Positions 17,638 to 25,608 of a stretch of 64,000 nucleotides of DNA are shown in pieces (within the stretch, counting starts at the first letter, position 1; the number at the start of each line of letters is the position of its first letter). The stretch covers positions 91,219 to 155,218 of the forward strand of contig CAZHYJ010000002.1 in the NCBI GenBank assembly GCA_964536725.1, in the 5' to 3' direction. Origin of the DNA: an uncultured Gammaproteobacteria bacterium. GTDB lineage: Bacteria; Patescibacteriota; Patescibacteriia; Magasanikbacterales; GWA2-37-8. Below the pieces are notes generated by a model, which was not told the DNA's origin, searched no databases, and worked only from the letters and a program-made list of their open reading frames with translations. The position numbers and the translations under genes were made by a program.

Positions 17638-18390
17638 ATGTTCAAACCACAAACAACCAGGATAAATGAGGTAGCAAATAACTATCGTGTCAGAATTGCC
17701 GCTTTAGAGCAGTTGTTTTTTGGTACTGTGAATATTTACGTCGATTACGCCAATGTTAGACCGTGGGCAACTAAACTGGGTTGGAATATTGATCTAAGGA
17801 GGTTAAAACAGTTTTTGTATTCTTTCAATAATGTTGCGTCGGTAAAGTTTTATAGTGGACTACTGCTTGGGGATATTGATTCGGAAGATTTGGATGAAGA
17901 GTGTAAGAAGTTATTTAAAGATGATTATAAAACTAAGTCGGTAAAAATTTTAAAGAAGTCTATAGATTACAGCAGTATAAAATCAAATTCTTCAGACTTG
18001 CTGGAGCAGTTTGTACGCAAGTGTCTGCTTCGAGAATATACACTGGACACAATTGAATATTTGAACGAACGGTTTAGAGATTTAAATCAAATTGGTAAAT
18101 TATTCATAGAAGATAGAAAATGTAATTTTGATGTGGAAATTGGGACTGATATGGCTCTGGATTTAGAAAGAAAAGGTGTGGACACTTTTGTTTTATGGAG
18201 TGGCGACAGTGATTTTTATGATCCAGTATTAAAACTTCTAGAAAAAGGAAAAAGAGTAATATTGTTTGCGACGGCCAGAAAAGTATCGTCGGAGTTAAAT
18301 GATCTCGGCCAAAAAGGTTTGTGTATTTATGATATTCAAAAAATCAGGAATTTTATATGCTACAAGCGGCAGATTGATTTGAGTCTGTAA
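17638..18390 (+). CDS. NYN-domain (LabA-like, PIN-like) predicted RNase
   Basis: VNIYVDYANV at the N-terminus. DVEIGTDMALD...FVLWSGDSDFYDPV..GKRVILF are the characteristic NYN acidic motifs. Confidence 0.7.
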   Translation: MFKPQTTRINEVANNYRVRIAALEQLFFGTVNIYVDYANVRPWATKLGWNIDLRRLKQFLYSFNNVASVKFYSGLLLGDIDSEDLDEECKKLFKDDYKTKSVKILKKSIDYSSIKSNSSDLLEQFVRKCLLREYTLDTIEYLNERFRDLNQIGKLFIEDRKCNFDVEIGTDMALDLERKGVDTFVLWSGDSDFYDPVLKLLEKGKRVILFATARKVSSELNDLGQKGLCIYDIQKIRNFICYKRQIDLSL

Positions 18391-18584
18391 AAAAATGGAT
18401 GCAAAAAGGACTCCTTGCGGAGCCCCTAAGCTATAGAATTCTTGAGGTTATTACTAACCTACAATCACAGTATATCACGGAATTATGGTTTTTGTCAATG
18501 TCTACGGCAGTTATCCACAGGAGTACAATTTTTTGTGATAAGGTAGTAGGATAAAAATGTTAAATTAATGTAGGCATATATCAT

Positions 18585-18932
18585 ATGACTGATGTTAAAC
18601 AGTTAACTGAGAGGATGCTAAAATTTAGGGACGAGCGTGATTGGAAGCAGTTTCATAACCCGAAAGATTTGGCGATTTCTTTGTCGTTAGAGGCGTCGGA
18701 GGTTTTGGAACATTTTCAGTGGAAGACGAATGAGGAGGTTGCCAAATATGTTAAGACAGATCGGGAAGAAATTGGGGACGAGTTGGGTGATGTGATGAAC
18801 AACTTACTTTTGTTGGCTGAAGCGGTGGGGGTAGATATATTGGACGCAGCAGAGAAAAAGATTGAGAAGAACGAGAAAAAGTATCCGGTGGACAAGGTGA
18901 AGGGGTCCGCGAAGAAGTATGATCAGTATTAG
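18585..18932 (+). CDS. MazG-like nucleoside-triphosphate pyrophosphohydrolase (small all-alpha NTP-PPase)
   Basis: 115 aa. EASEVLEHF...REEIGDELGDVMNNLLLLA supplies the EExxE/D metal-binding helices of the MazG/HisE fold. Confidence 0.75.
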   Translation: MTDVKQLTERMLKFRDERDWKQFHNPKDLAISLSLEASEVLEHFQWKTNEEVAKYVKTDREEIGDELGDVMNNLLLLAEAVGVDILDAAEKKIEKNEKKYPVDKVKGSAKKYDQY

Positions 18933-18960
18933 TGAGTGAGATAAATTTTTTGAATGTGAA

Positions 18961-18990
18961 TACCCTTGACAAAACAAGGGTATTTTGATA
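18961..18990 (+). terminator. rho-independent terminator after the MazG-like gene
   Basis: TACCCTTG-ACAAAA-CAAGGGTA hairpin followed by TTTTGATATTATTTTTTG. Confidence 0.55.
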
Positions 18991-19077
18991 TTATTTTTTG
19001 TTGCAAAGGAAAGCGGTTAGGCTGTCTTTTTTAGGTAATTTAACCGGTTTCCTTGGGTAGTAAAGGAGGACGGGATT

Positions 19078-19338
19078 ATGAAGAAGTGCAACAGGGAACA
19101 CGTGGTCATTCTGGGGACGAATCCTGATGGCACCGTGGACATGATGTGCGACGATGGGTCGGTGGGCCAGGCCGTCCCGCGCAAAGGAGGCGAGTTCAGA
19201 CTCGAGCCCACGGAGGTCGACGGCCTCTACCACCGAGTCTCCACCCGTGGCAACAAGTCCAGGGTCGGCTACTCGAAGGCCTTCGCCGACAACTGGGATG
19301 GCATTTTCGGCGCCAAGCTGGATACCACCGTGAACTAA
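19078..19338 (+). CDS. hypothetical protein (86 aa) encoded on a ~60%-GC foreign islet, preceded by a strong AAAGGAGG SD
   Basis: GC content jumps from about 38% to about 60% between roughly 19040 and 19420. Perfect SD 8 nt before the ATG. High-GC codon usage. No similarity I can name. Confidence 0.45.
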   Translation: MKKCNREHVVILGTNPDGTVDMMCDDGSVGQAVPRKGGEFRLEPTEVDGLYHRVSTRGNKSRVGYSKAFADNWDGIFGAKLDTTVN

Positions 19339-19456
19339 GGAGGTCGTCATGAACCGTCCAACCGGACCGCCGCAAGGCAGGTGGTCCAAGCGGAACAAAA
19401 ATCCGCTCGCACCACCATGTATATTTCTAAATATTTGGGAATACACATGGAGGGTT

Positions 19457-19478
19457 ACCGCGAGCGGTTTTTTTGTTG
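19457..19478 (+). terminator. weak rho-independent terminator (ACCG-CGAG-CGGU + U7)
   Basis: Short 4-5-bp GC stem followed by TTTTTTTGTTGT. Lies at the 3' edge of the high-GC islet. Confidence 0.35.
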
Positions 19479-19499
19479 TACAATAAAAAACTAGTGTAA

Positions 19500-19558
19500 A
19501 TAGCGTCAGTTTTTTGATTTCAGATTTTTATGATAAAATATACAGTATAATTAATTTA
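19500..19558 (+). promoter_or_regulatory. conserved promoter cassette copy B upstream of the MazF/PemK-like gene
   Basis: ATAGCGTCAGTTTTTTGATTTCAGATTTTTATGATAAAATATACAG. TGaTAAAAT extended -10 at 19531-19539. Paralogous to copy A. Confidence 0.4.
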
Positions 19559-19574
19559 TAAATTATATTTAGTT

Positions 19575-19976
19575 ATGAATAATAAGGAGGGGGTTGAGAA
19601 GTTCATTGAGTGGACAAAATTAAAAATACGACTACACATTTCTTTACACGAAATCTATTTTCGAGAAGGGGAAATTTGGTGGGCGAGCTTGGGTGTAAAT
19701 GTTGGCCACGAACAAGATGGGAAAAATGAAAATTTCGAGAGACCGATCTTAATATTAAAAAAATTTAATCAGCATGTTCTTTGGGCGGTGCCACTCACTA
19801 GTCAGGTCAAAGAAGATAATCCGTATTATATAAAATATAAATTAGGTGATAATGTTTATGCTGCGGTTATTTCCCAGCTTAGGTTGGTAAGTTCAAAGAG
19901 GTTGCGTAGAAAGATTGGTATGTTTTTAGCAGAAGACTTCGAAAGGGTTAGACAAGAAATTAAAAAACTTATATAA
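19575..19976 (+). CDS. MazF/PemK/Kid-family endoribonuclease toxin-like protein (with ~30-aa N-terminal extension)
   Basis: REGEIWWASLGVNVGHEQDGKN..RPILIL...AVPLTSQ. This matches the G-D/E-I-W-W-x-x-L and E-Q-x-G-x-RP-x-L-I-L and P-L-T-S-Q signature blocks of PemK/MazF. Confidence 0.7.
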   Translation: MNNKEGVEKFIEWTKLKIRLHISLHEIYFREGEIWWASLGVNVGHEQDGKNENFERPILILKKFNQHVLWAVPLTSQVKEDNPYYIKYKLGDNVYAAVISQLRLVSSKRLRRKIGMFLAEDFERVRQEIKKLI

Positions 19977-20181
19977 AAAACGAAACCTACCGGTTAAGGT
20001 AGGAATCTCGGAGCTATCCCCGAAAGGATAACCATTTGTAAATACAGTATAGCATGTAGAGGGGTAAAAAGTCAAGTTATTGTGGATAACTTCTTTGTAG
20101 GCACGGTCTTCAACCAGTTAAACCACTGACTTTTTTCATCTTTGCCTTTTTTGCGTTTTTGCGCTAAAATACAGGAGAAAT

Positions 20182-21177
20182 ATGTTGATTCAAATTGCCG
20201 ACAATAAATCTGTTTGGGATGCTTTTTTGCTGAAAAATAAAGCGGTTTTTACACAGTCCTGGGATTGGGGTGGCGTTTTGGCGTCTGAAGGTAAAAAGAT
20301 TGAAAGATTGTTGGTGGTGGATGGTACGGAGATTGTGGCGGCGGTAATGGTGGTGTATAACTTTTTTCCGTTTGGTATTAAATACGCGGCAGCTTCTTGG
20401 GGGCCGGTGTTTGCTAAGGGAATGGAGAATAGGGGTGGGGAGTGTTTAGATTTACTTGGGAAATATTTTAAAGATAACGGTTGTGTATTTGCACGGATTG
20501 AACCATTGGTTTTGTTTGATACTAAAAGTGAATACAAATTAAAACAAATCAAAGATGTTAGTCCAAGTCATACACTCGTTTTGGATCTGACAATGGGTGA
20601 AGAAAAAACAATGTCTGGAATTGAAAAAAAGACCCGCTATGAAATTCGTCAGGCGCAAAAAAACAATTTGGAAGTGAAAGAACAAAAAGATCCGGATATT
20701 TTTTGGAGCTTAATGAAAAAGACGGCGAGTCACGATGGTTTTCGTACGCATCCAGAGGAGCATTACAAAAAGATATTAGCAAGTGACAGTAGTGTACAGT
20801 TAAATGCCTGCTATCATGGACAGCCAATTGCCACGGCGATTTTTTGGGAGTGGGATGGTATGTTCACATATATGTTCGCGGCCACCGATCGAAATTTTAG
20901 TAGTTTATCGGCGGCATATTTAATTCAGTGGGAAGCGATTAAGTTGGCCATGGGTCGGGGTTGCACGGCCTATGATTTTTTTGGTGTCGCGCCCAAGACT
21001 ATCGCACCGGACGCGCCGTATGATTATGATCGCAAACATCGCTACGCTGGTTTTACCAAATTCAAATTAGGTTTCGGTGGTCAACATAAAAATTTTCCGG
21101 GTACGTATGATTTGATTTTAGATCCCACTAAATATTATTTTTATTTACTCCTACGTTCAGTTAAACGTTTATTTTAG
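20182..21177 (+). CDS. FemAB/FemX-family aminoacyl-tRNA-dependent peptidoglycan peptidyltransferase (paralog 1)
   Basis: 331 aa. FemABX-like N- and C-lobes (WDWGGVL.., YDFFGVAP.., KHRYAGFTKFKLGFGG). Confidence 0.75.
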   Translation: MLIQIADNKSVWDAFLLKNKAVFTQSWDWGGVLASEGKKIERLLVVDGTEIVAAVMVVYNFFPFGIKYAAASWGPVFAKGMENRGGECLDLLGKYFKDNGCVFARIEPLVLFDTKSEYKLKQIKDVSPSHTLVLDLTMGEEKTMSGIEKKTRYEIRQAQKNNLEVKEQKDPDIFWSLMKKTASHDGFRTHPEEHYKKILASDSSVQLNACYHGQPIATAIFWEWDGMFTYMFAATDRNFSSLSAAYLIQWEAIKLAMGRGCTAYDFFGVAPKTIAPDAPYDYDRKHRYAGFTKFKLGFGGQHKNFPGTYDLILDPTKYYFYLLLRSVKRLF

Positions 21178-21180
21178 GAT

Positions 21181-22176
21181 ATGTTAAAAGTGATCAACAA
21201 CAAAATCGAGTGGGATGAATTGTTGGCACGTTTTGTGGCTTCTTTTTTACATTCTTCCGAATGGAACGAAGTTTTGCTTGAGAGCGGACAAACAGTGGAG
21301 CGCGTGTTGGTTGAAAATGGTAGCGCGAGTTTATTGGCACTGTTAGTTTTTAAATCTTTGCCGTTTGGGCGGAAGTTTGTTTTTTGTCCGACGGGTCCGT
21401 TGGTGAGTGGTGGGGGAGTTGATAACGAAAAGAATTGGCGAGAGTTAATTAAATATATCAAAGAAAAAGAGTGTATATTTTTTAAATTTGAACCGAGCAA
21501 TGTTGAACAGTTGCCCGATTTTGTTAAACGTTCAAAAAGAGTGGTGCGTGATGTTAATCCGATGGCGACGATGGTGCTGGATGTGTCTAAAATTGTTCGG
21601 GAGATTTTTCAGTCATTTCATCAGAAGACGCGGTATAATATTAATCTGGCGGAAAGAAAAGGGTTGAGTGTAAAATGGGAAAAGAATTTTCCAGTGTTTT
21701 GGGAGTTGATGAAAAAAACTGGGGCGCGCGATGGTTTTGGTTTGCATCCCGAAAAAAATTATGCGGCGGCGGTAAGCAGTCCAGCCACGCGTCAGGTGAC
21801 CATTTACTCAGGCAATACACCAGTGGCTGCCGGATGCTTTTGGATAACCAATGATATTTGTTATTATCTCTACGGTGCGTCGGATCATGACTTTCGTCAA
21901 TTAATGGCACCATATTTGGTACAGTGGGAAGCGATTAAAATGACTAAAAATGCTCGGTGTAAATATTACGATTTTTTTGGTGTGGCTCCGAGAATTAATG
22001 CTGCGGGCGAAGAGTATGAATATGACCCTAAACATCGCTACGCCGGTGTCACGCGTTTTAAATTAGGTTTTAATGGTCGGATAGTAGAAACGCCGGGAAC
22101 ATTTGATCTGCCGATAAACCGTTTTTGGTATGGGGTATATTATTTGTCCCGTCGTCTGCGTGGATTAAAAGTTTAG
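21181..22176 (+). CDS. FemAB/FemX-family peptidoglycan peptidyltransferase (paralog 2, tandem duplicate)
   Basis: Also 331 aa and collinear with the upstream paralog (YDFFGVAP.., KHRYAGVTRFKLGFNG). About 40% identical by eye. Confidence 0.75.
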   Translation: MLKVINNKIEWDELLARFVASFLHSSEWNEVLLESGQTVERVLVENGSASLLALLVFKSLPFGRKFVFCPTGPLVSGGGVDNEKNWRELIKYIKEKECIFFKFEPSNVEQLPDFVKRSKRVVRDVNPMATMVLDVSKIVREIFQSFHQKTRYNINLAERKGLSVKWEKNFPVFWELMKKTGARDGFGLHPEKNYAAAVSSPATRQVTIYSGNTPVAAGCFWITNDICYYLYGASDHDFRQLMAPYLVQWEAIKMTKNARCKYYDFFGVAPRINAAGEEYEYDPKHRYAGVTRFKLGFNGRIVETPGTFDLPINRFWYGVYYLSRRLRGLKV

Positions 22177-22177
22177 T

Positions 22178-23629
22178 ATGTCTTACAGTGTCGCCCAAAA
22201 TGCTACTTTTCTAACAGTCGCCTCAGTCTTTCAACGGATGATCTCTTTTGGATATTTTATCTTCATTGCGCGTGTGATCGGAGTAGAGAATACCGGGCAA
22301 TACTTTTTTGCTATTGCCTTTACGTCGGTGTTTACTGTGTTGGCAGACAGTGGTTTGAATTTGGTGTTAACGCGGGAAGCGGCACGTAATGACAAAGATT
22401 TTGAAACTTATGCTAGTACAGTTTTTTGGTCCAAAGTATTTTTTGGAATTGTGTCATATGGCTTGGTAGTTTTGTTCGCCAATTTACTTGGCTATGCGCT
22501 CGATTTGAAACACTTGATCTATCTGTCTGGTATCACGATGTTTTTTGATAATATTCATTCCATTTTTTACAGTCTGTTTCGGGCGCGCAAGAACTTGTTG
22601 TTTGAAGGCGCGGGGATTATCGGCTCACAGTTTTTAACCTTGGTGATTGGTAGTACAGCGTTGTTAATGCACTTGCCGTTGTATTGGTTGATCTTGGCCT
22701 ATGCCATCCCGTCCGCGTGTAACGTTTTGTATGTTTCCACTGCAGCGCGCTTGAAGTTGGGGATAAAAATTCATTGGCAGTGGAACAAGCAACTTGCACA
22801 TTCATTTTTCTTGATGGCGATACCGTTTGCCTTGGCGGGGATTATCAACCGCTTGTATTCGTACAGTGATTCGATTTTGATGTCGAAGTTGTTAACTCCC
22901 ACTGAACTTGGTTTATGGAGTTTGCCGTACAAGATTAATTTTGCTTTTCAGTTTATTCCAGCCGCACTAACTGCTAGTATTTATCCAGCCATGAGCACAT
23001 TGTTTGTAACGGACCGCGAACAGATTGGTGTATTGTTTGTGAAGGCCTGGCGATATTTATTATTAGTTGTTTTGCCGATTACTTTTGGCTTGTGGGCGGT
23101 GGGGGATCAGGTTATTGTGAAGATGGCGGGTAAAGCATATTTGTCGTCGGTGCCAGTGTTGAAAATTTTATTGGTAAGTTTGATTTTAAGTTTTTTAAGT
23201 TTTGTGACGGGGGCGACTTTGAATGCTATCAACAAACAAAAAGTGCAGACCATCTTGTTGGCGGCATCACTGGCGGTGAGTATATCAATGAATTTGATCT
23301 TGTTGCCAAGAATTGGTATTTGGGGCGCGGCGATTACTGCCAGTGTGAGTAATTTAATTTTAACCGGTGGGGGAATGATCATGGTGCGACGCAATGTGAC
23401 TATTCATTGGCGAACAATTTTAGATTATTTGTGGCGGATTTTGTTGTCGGCGGGTGTGATGGGGGCGGTGGCATATTTGTTGGGGCAGAAAATTAGTTTC
23501 ATTATCGTGATCCCGGTGGCCGGTGTGATGTATTGTGCTTTGCTGTTTTGGACCAAGGCGGTTACTAAAGAATTGTTGTTGTCGATAGTTAAAAAAACAA
23601 AAATTAAAGAATCTAATATTGCAGTATGA
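22178..23629 (+). CDS. MOP-superfamily flippase (MurJ/Wzx-like polysaccharide or lipid-II flippase)
   Basis: 483 aa with about 14 TM segments. Resembles the polysaccharide biosynthesis protein family. ATGA overlaps with its neighbours. Confidence 0.65.
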   Translation: MSYSVAQNATFLTVASVFQRMISFGYFIFIARVIGVENTGQYFFAIAFTSVFTVLADSGLNLVLTREAARNDKDFETYASTVFWSKVFFGIVSYGLVVLFANLLGYALDLKHLIYLSGITMFFDNIHSIFYSLFRARKNLLFEGAGIIGSQFLTLVIGSTALLMHLPLYWLILAYAIPSACNVLYVSTAARLKLGIKIHWQWNKQLAHSFFLMAIPFALAGIINRLYSYSDSILMSKLLTPTELGLWSLPYKINFAFQFIPAALTASIYPAMSTLFVTDREQIGVLFVKAWRYLLLVVLPITFGLWAVGDQVIVKMAGKAYLSSVPVLKILLVSLILSFLSFVTGATLNAINKQKVQTILLAASLAVSISMNLILLPRIGIWGAAITASVSNLILTGGGMIMVRRNVTIHWRTILDYLWRILLSAGVMGAVAYLLGQKISFIIVIPVAGVMYCALLFWTKAVTKELLLSIVKKTKIKESNIAV

Positions 23630-24741
23630 AAACCCTAATTGTTACCCTCGAATACCCACCGCAAATTGGCGGAATCGCTTCCTATATATATAACTTTGCT
23701 AAACACGACACTTTGGGTGAAGTTGTAGTATATGCGCCGGTAACGGCTGGTGGTTTGGAATATGACGCAAAAAATCCGTGGAAAACGATTCGGCGCAAAC
23801 CATTTTGGGCCTTGCGTCCACGTTGGTTTAAGATGTTGTTACAGCTTCGTAAGATTATTAAACAAGAAAAAATTACCGAGTTGTACATCCACCATGTTTT
23901 ACCAGTTGGCTATGTGGCATATTTGTTAAAAAAATCCTTGGGTGTTCCCTATACAATATTTTTGCATGGTACGGATTTGGAGATGGCGACAAAAACACGC
24001 GGTAAAACAAAAAAGTTTGCGCGCATTTGTTTGGGAGCAAGCAGGGTAGTGGTGAATAGTGAATTTTTGAAAAACAAATTGTCAATCAAGGTGGAAGGTT
24101 TAAAAAATGTCGTGGTGTTGTATCCGTGTCCGGGTGATCAATTTTTACAACCAGTTAATATCGAAGAGTTGGAGACACTGCGTTCCAAGTTGGCATTGAA
24201 CGGTAAAAAAGTTTTGTTGACAGTGGCGCGCATGGCAGAAGGTAAAGGTTTTCCACATTTGATTCGTCTGTTACCACAAATTTTACAGAAGGTGCCAAAC
24301 TTGGTGTGGCTCGTGATTGGTGATGGGCCAAAACGTCCGGCGTTGGTAGCTGCCGTGCAGAAAAACAATTTACATAATGTGACACGCTTTTTGGGTACAG
24401 TGCCATATGAAGAGCTGGCAAAATATTACCAACTAGCCGATCTGTTTGTTTTGTTAACTCACAAAGATGAAAGTTCAGAAGAAGGATGGGGGACAGTGTT
24501 TTTGGAAGCCGCTGCCAGTAGTTTGCCAGTAGTGGCAGGACGGGTGGGTGGAGTGGAAGAGGTGGTGGATAATTTACGCACGGGATTGTTAGTGGATGTA
24601 TATCAGGATCAAAGTGTAATTTCGGGTGTGGCCGATTTGTTGCGCGAAGAAAAGTATGCGAAAGAATTGGGCGTGGCTGGACACGAGCGCGTGTTGGGAG
24701 AATTTACTTGGGAAAAACAAATTGAGAAATTAAAAAATTAA
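23626..24741 (+). CDS. GT4-family glycosyltransferase
   Basis: EGKGFPHLI and EGWGTVFLEAAASSLPVVAG give the GT-B/GT4 E-x7-E motif. Confidence 0.8.
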   Translation: MKTLIVTLEYPPQIGGIASYIYNFAKHDTLGEVVVYAPVTAGGLEYDAKNPWKTIRRKPFWALRPRWFKMLLQLRKIIKQEKITELYIHHVLPVGYVAYLLKKSLGVPYTIFLHGTDLEMATKTRGKTKKFARICLGASRVVVNSEFLKNKLSIKVEGLKNVVVLYPCPGDQFLQPVNIEELETLRSKLALNGKKVLLTVARMAEGKGFPHLIRLLPQILQKVPNLVWLVIGDGPKRPALVAAVQKNNLHNVTRFLGTVPYEELAKYYQLADLFVLLTHKDESSEEGWGTVFLEAAASSLPVVAGRVGGVEEVVDNLRTGLLVDVYQDQSVISGVADLLREEKYAKELGVAGHERVLGEFTWEKQIEKLKN

Positions 24742-24742
24742 T

Positions 24743-25600
24743 ATGCCAGATAAATATACCGCCGTTTGGGTTTCGCATTCCTCCATTAGTGATTGGCTGC
24801 ATTGTCCGCAGGCATATTTTTTGCAAAATGTGTATCGTGATCCGAAAACTAATCACAAGATTCGTATCACGCGTCCGAGTCTAGCTTTGGGTAGTGCAGT
24901 GCATGAAGTGTTGGAGGGAATTTCACAGTTGCCAAAAGAAACACGTTTTAACGAATCGCTCATCGCGAAGTTTGAAAATGCCTGGCAAAAATTTAGTGGT
25001 AAAAAAGGTGGGTTTTTGGATGCGGATAGTGAATATCGTTACAAAATGCGTGGTCAGGAAATGTTGCGTCGGGTAATGGCGCACAAAGATATTTTGGCTG
25101 GGCCGGCGGTAAAGATAAAAGAAGATTTACCACATTTTTGGTTATCAGAAGAAGATAATATTATTCTCTGTGGCAAGATTGATTGGCTCGAATATTTGCC
25201 AGAAATTGACAGCGTGCATATTATCGATTTTAAAACGGGGAAAAGCGAAGAAGATCCTGATTCGTTGCAGTTACCCATATATCATCTACTAGTGCACAAC
25301 TGCCAAAAACGCAAAGCGGTTAAGGCGAGCTATTGGTATGTCGAATCAAATGATGGTCTAACGGAAAAGGTTTTACCAGATTTGGAATCATCCAAAGAAA
25401 AAGTTTTGGCTATTGCGCGTGATATTAAAATAGCGAGACAGTTGAAGCGTTTTAAATGCCCGGAAGGGGAGAGTTGTAAATTTTGTAAACCACTATTGGA
25501 TATTTCCAAAGGTTTGGGCGAACTTGTTGGTACCGACGCCTATGGTAGTGATATTTATATCTTGCCGGTAGCGGAAGAAAAGGAAAGTATTATTTTGTAA
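24743..25600 (+). CDS. Cas4/RecB-like PD-(D/E)XK nuclease-family protein (second paralog, 4 Cys)
   Basis: LHCPQAY at the N-terminus. CGKIDWLE...VHIIDFKTGK nuclease motif. C-terminal CPEGESCKFC. Confidence 0.6.
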   Translation: MPDKYTAVWVSHSSISDWLHCPQAYFLQNVYRDPKTNHKIRITRPSLALGSAVHEVLEGISQLPKETRFNESLIAKFENAWQKFSGKKGGFLDADSEYRYKMRGQEMLRRVMAHKDILAGPAVKIKEDLPHFWLSEEDNIILCGKIDWLEYLPEIDSVHIIDFKTGKSEEDPDSLQLPIYHLLVHNCQKRKAVKASYWYVESNDGLTEKVLPDLESSKEKVLAIARDIKIARQLKRFKCPEGESCKFCKPLLDISKGLGELVGTDAYGSDIYILPVAEEKESIIL

Positions 25601-25608
25601 GTTTTGTT

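Noticed and set aside
18991-19446. 151-aa minus-strand ORF and 68-aa plus-strand ORF over the high-GC islet
   Set aside because: Open frames are expected by chance in 60%-GC DNA, since stop codons are AT-rich. They overlap the better-supported SD-preceded 86-aa ORF and have no start context.
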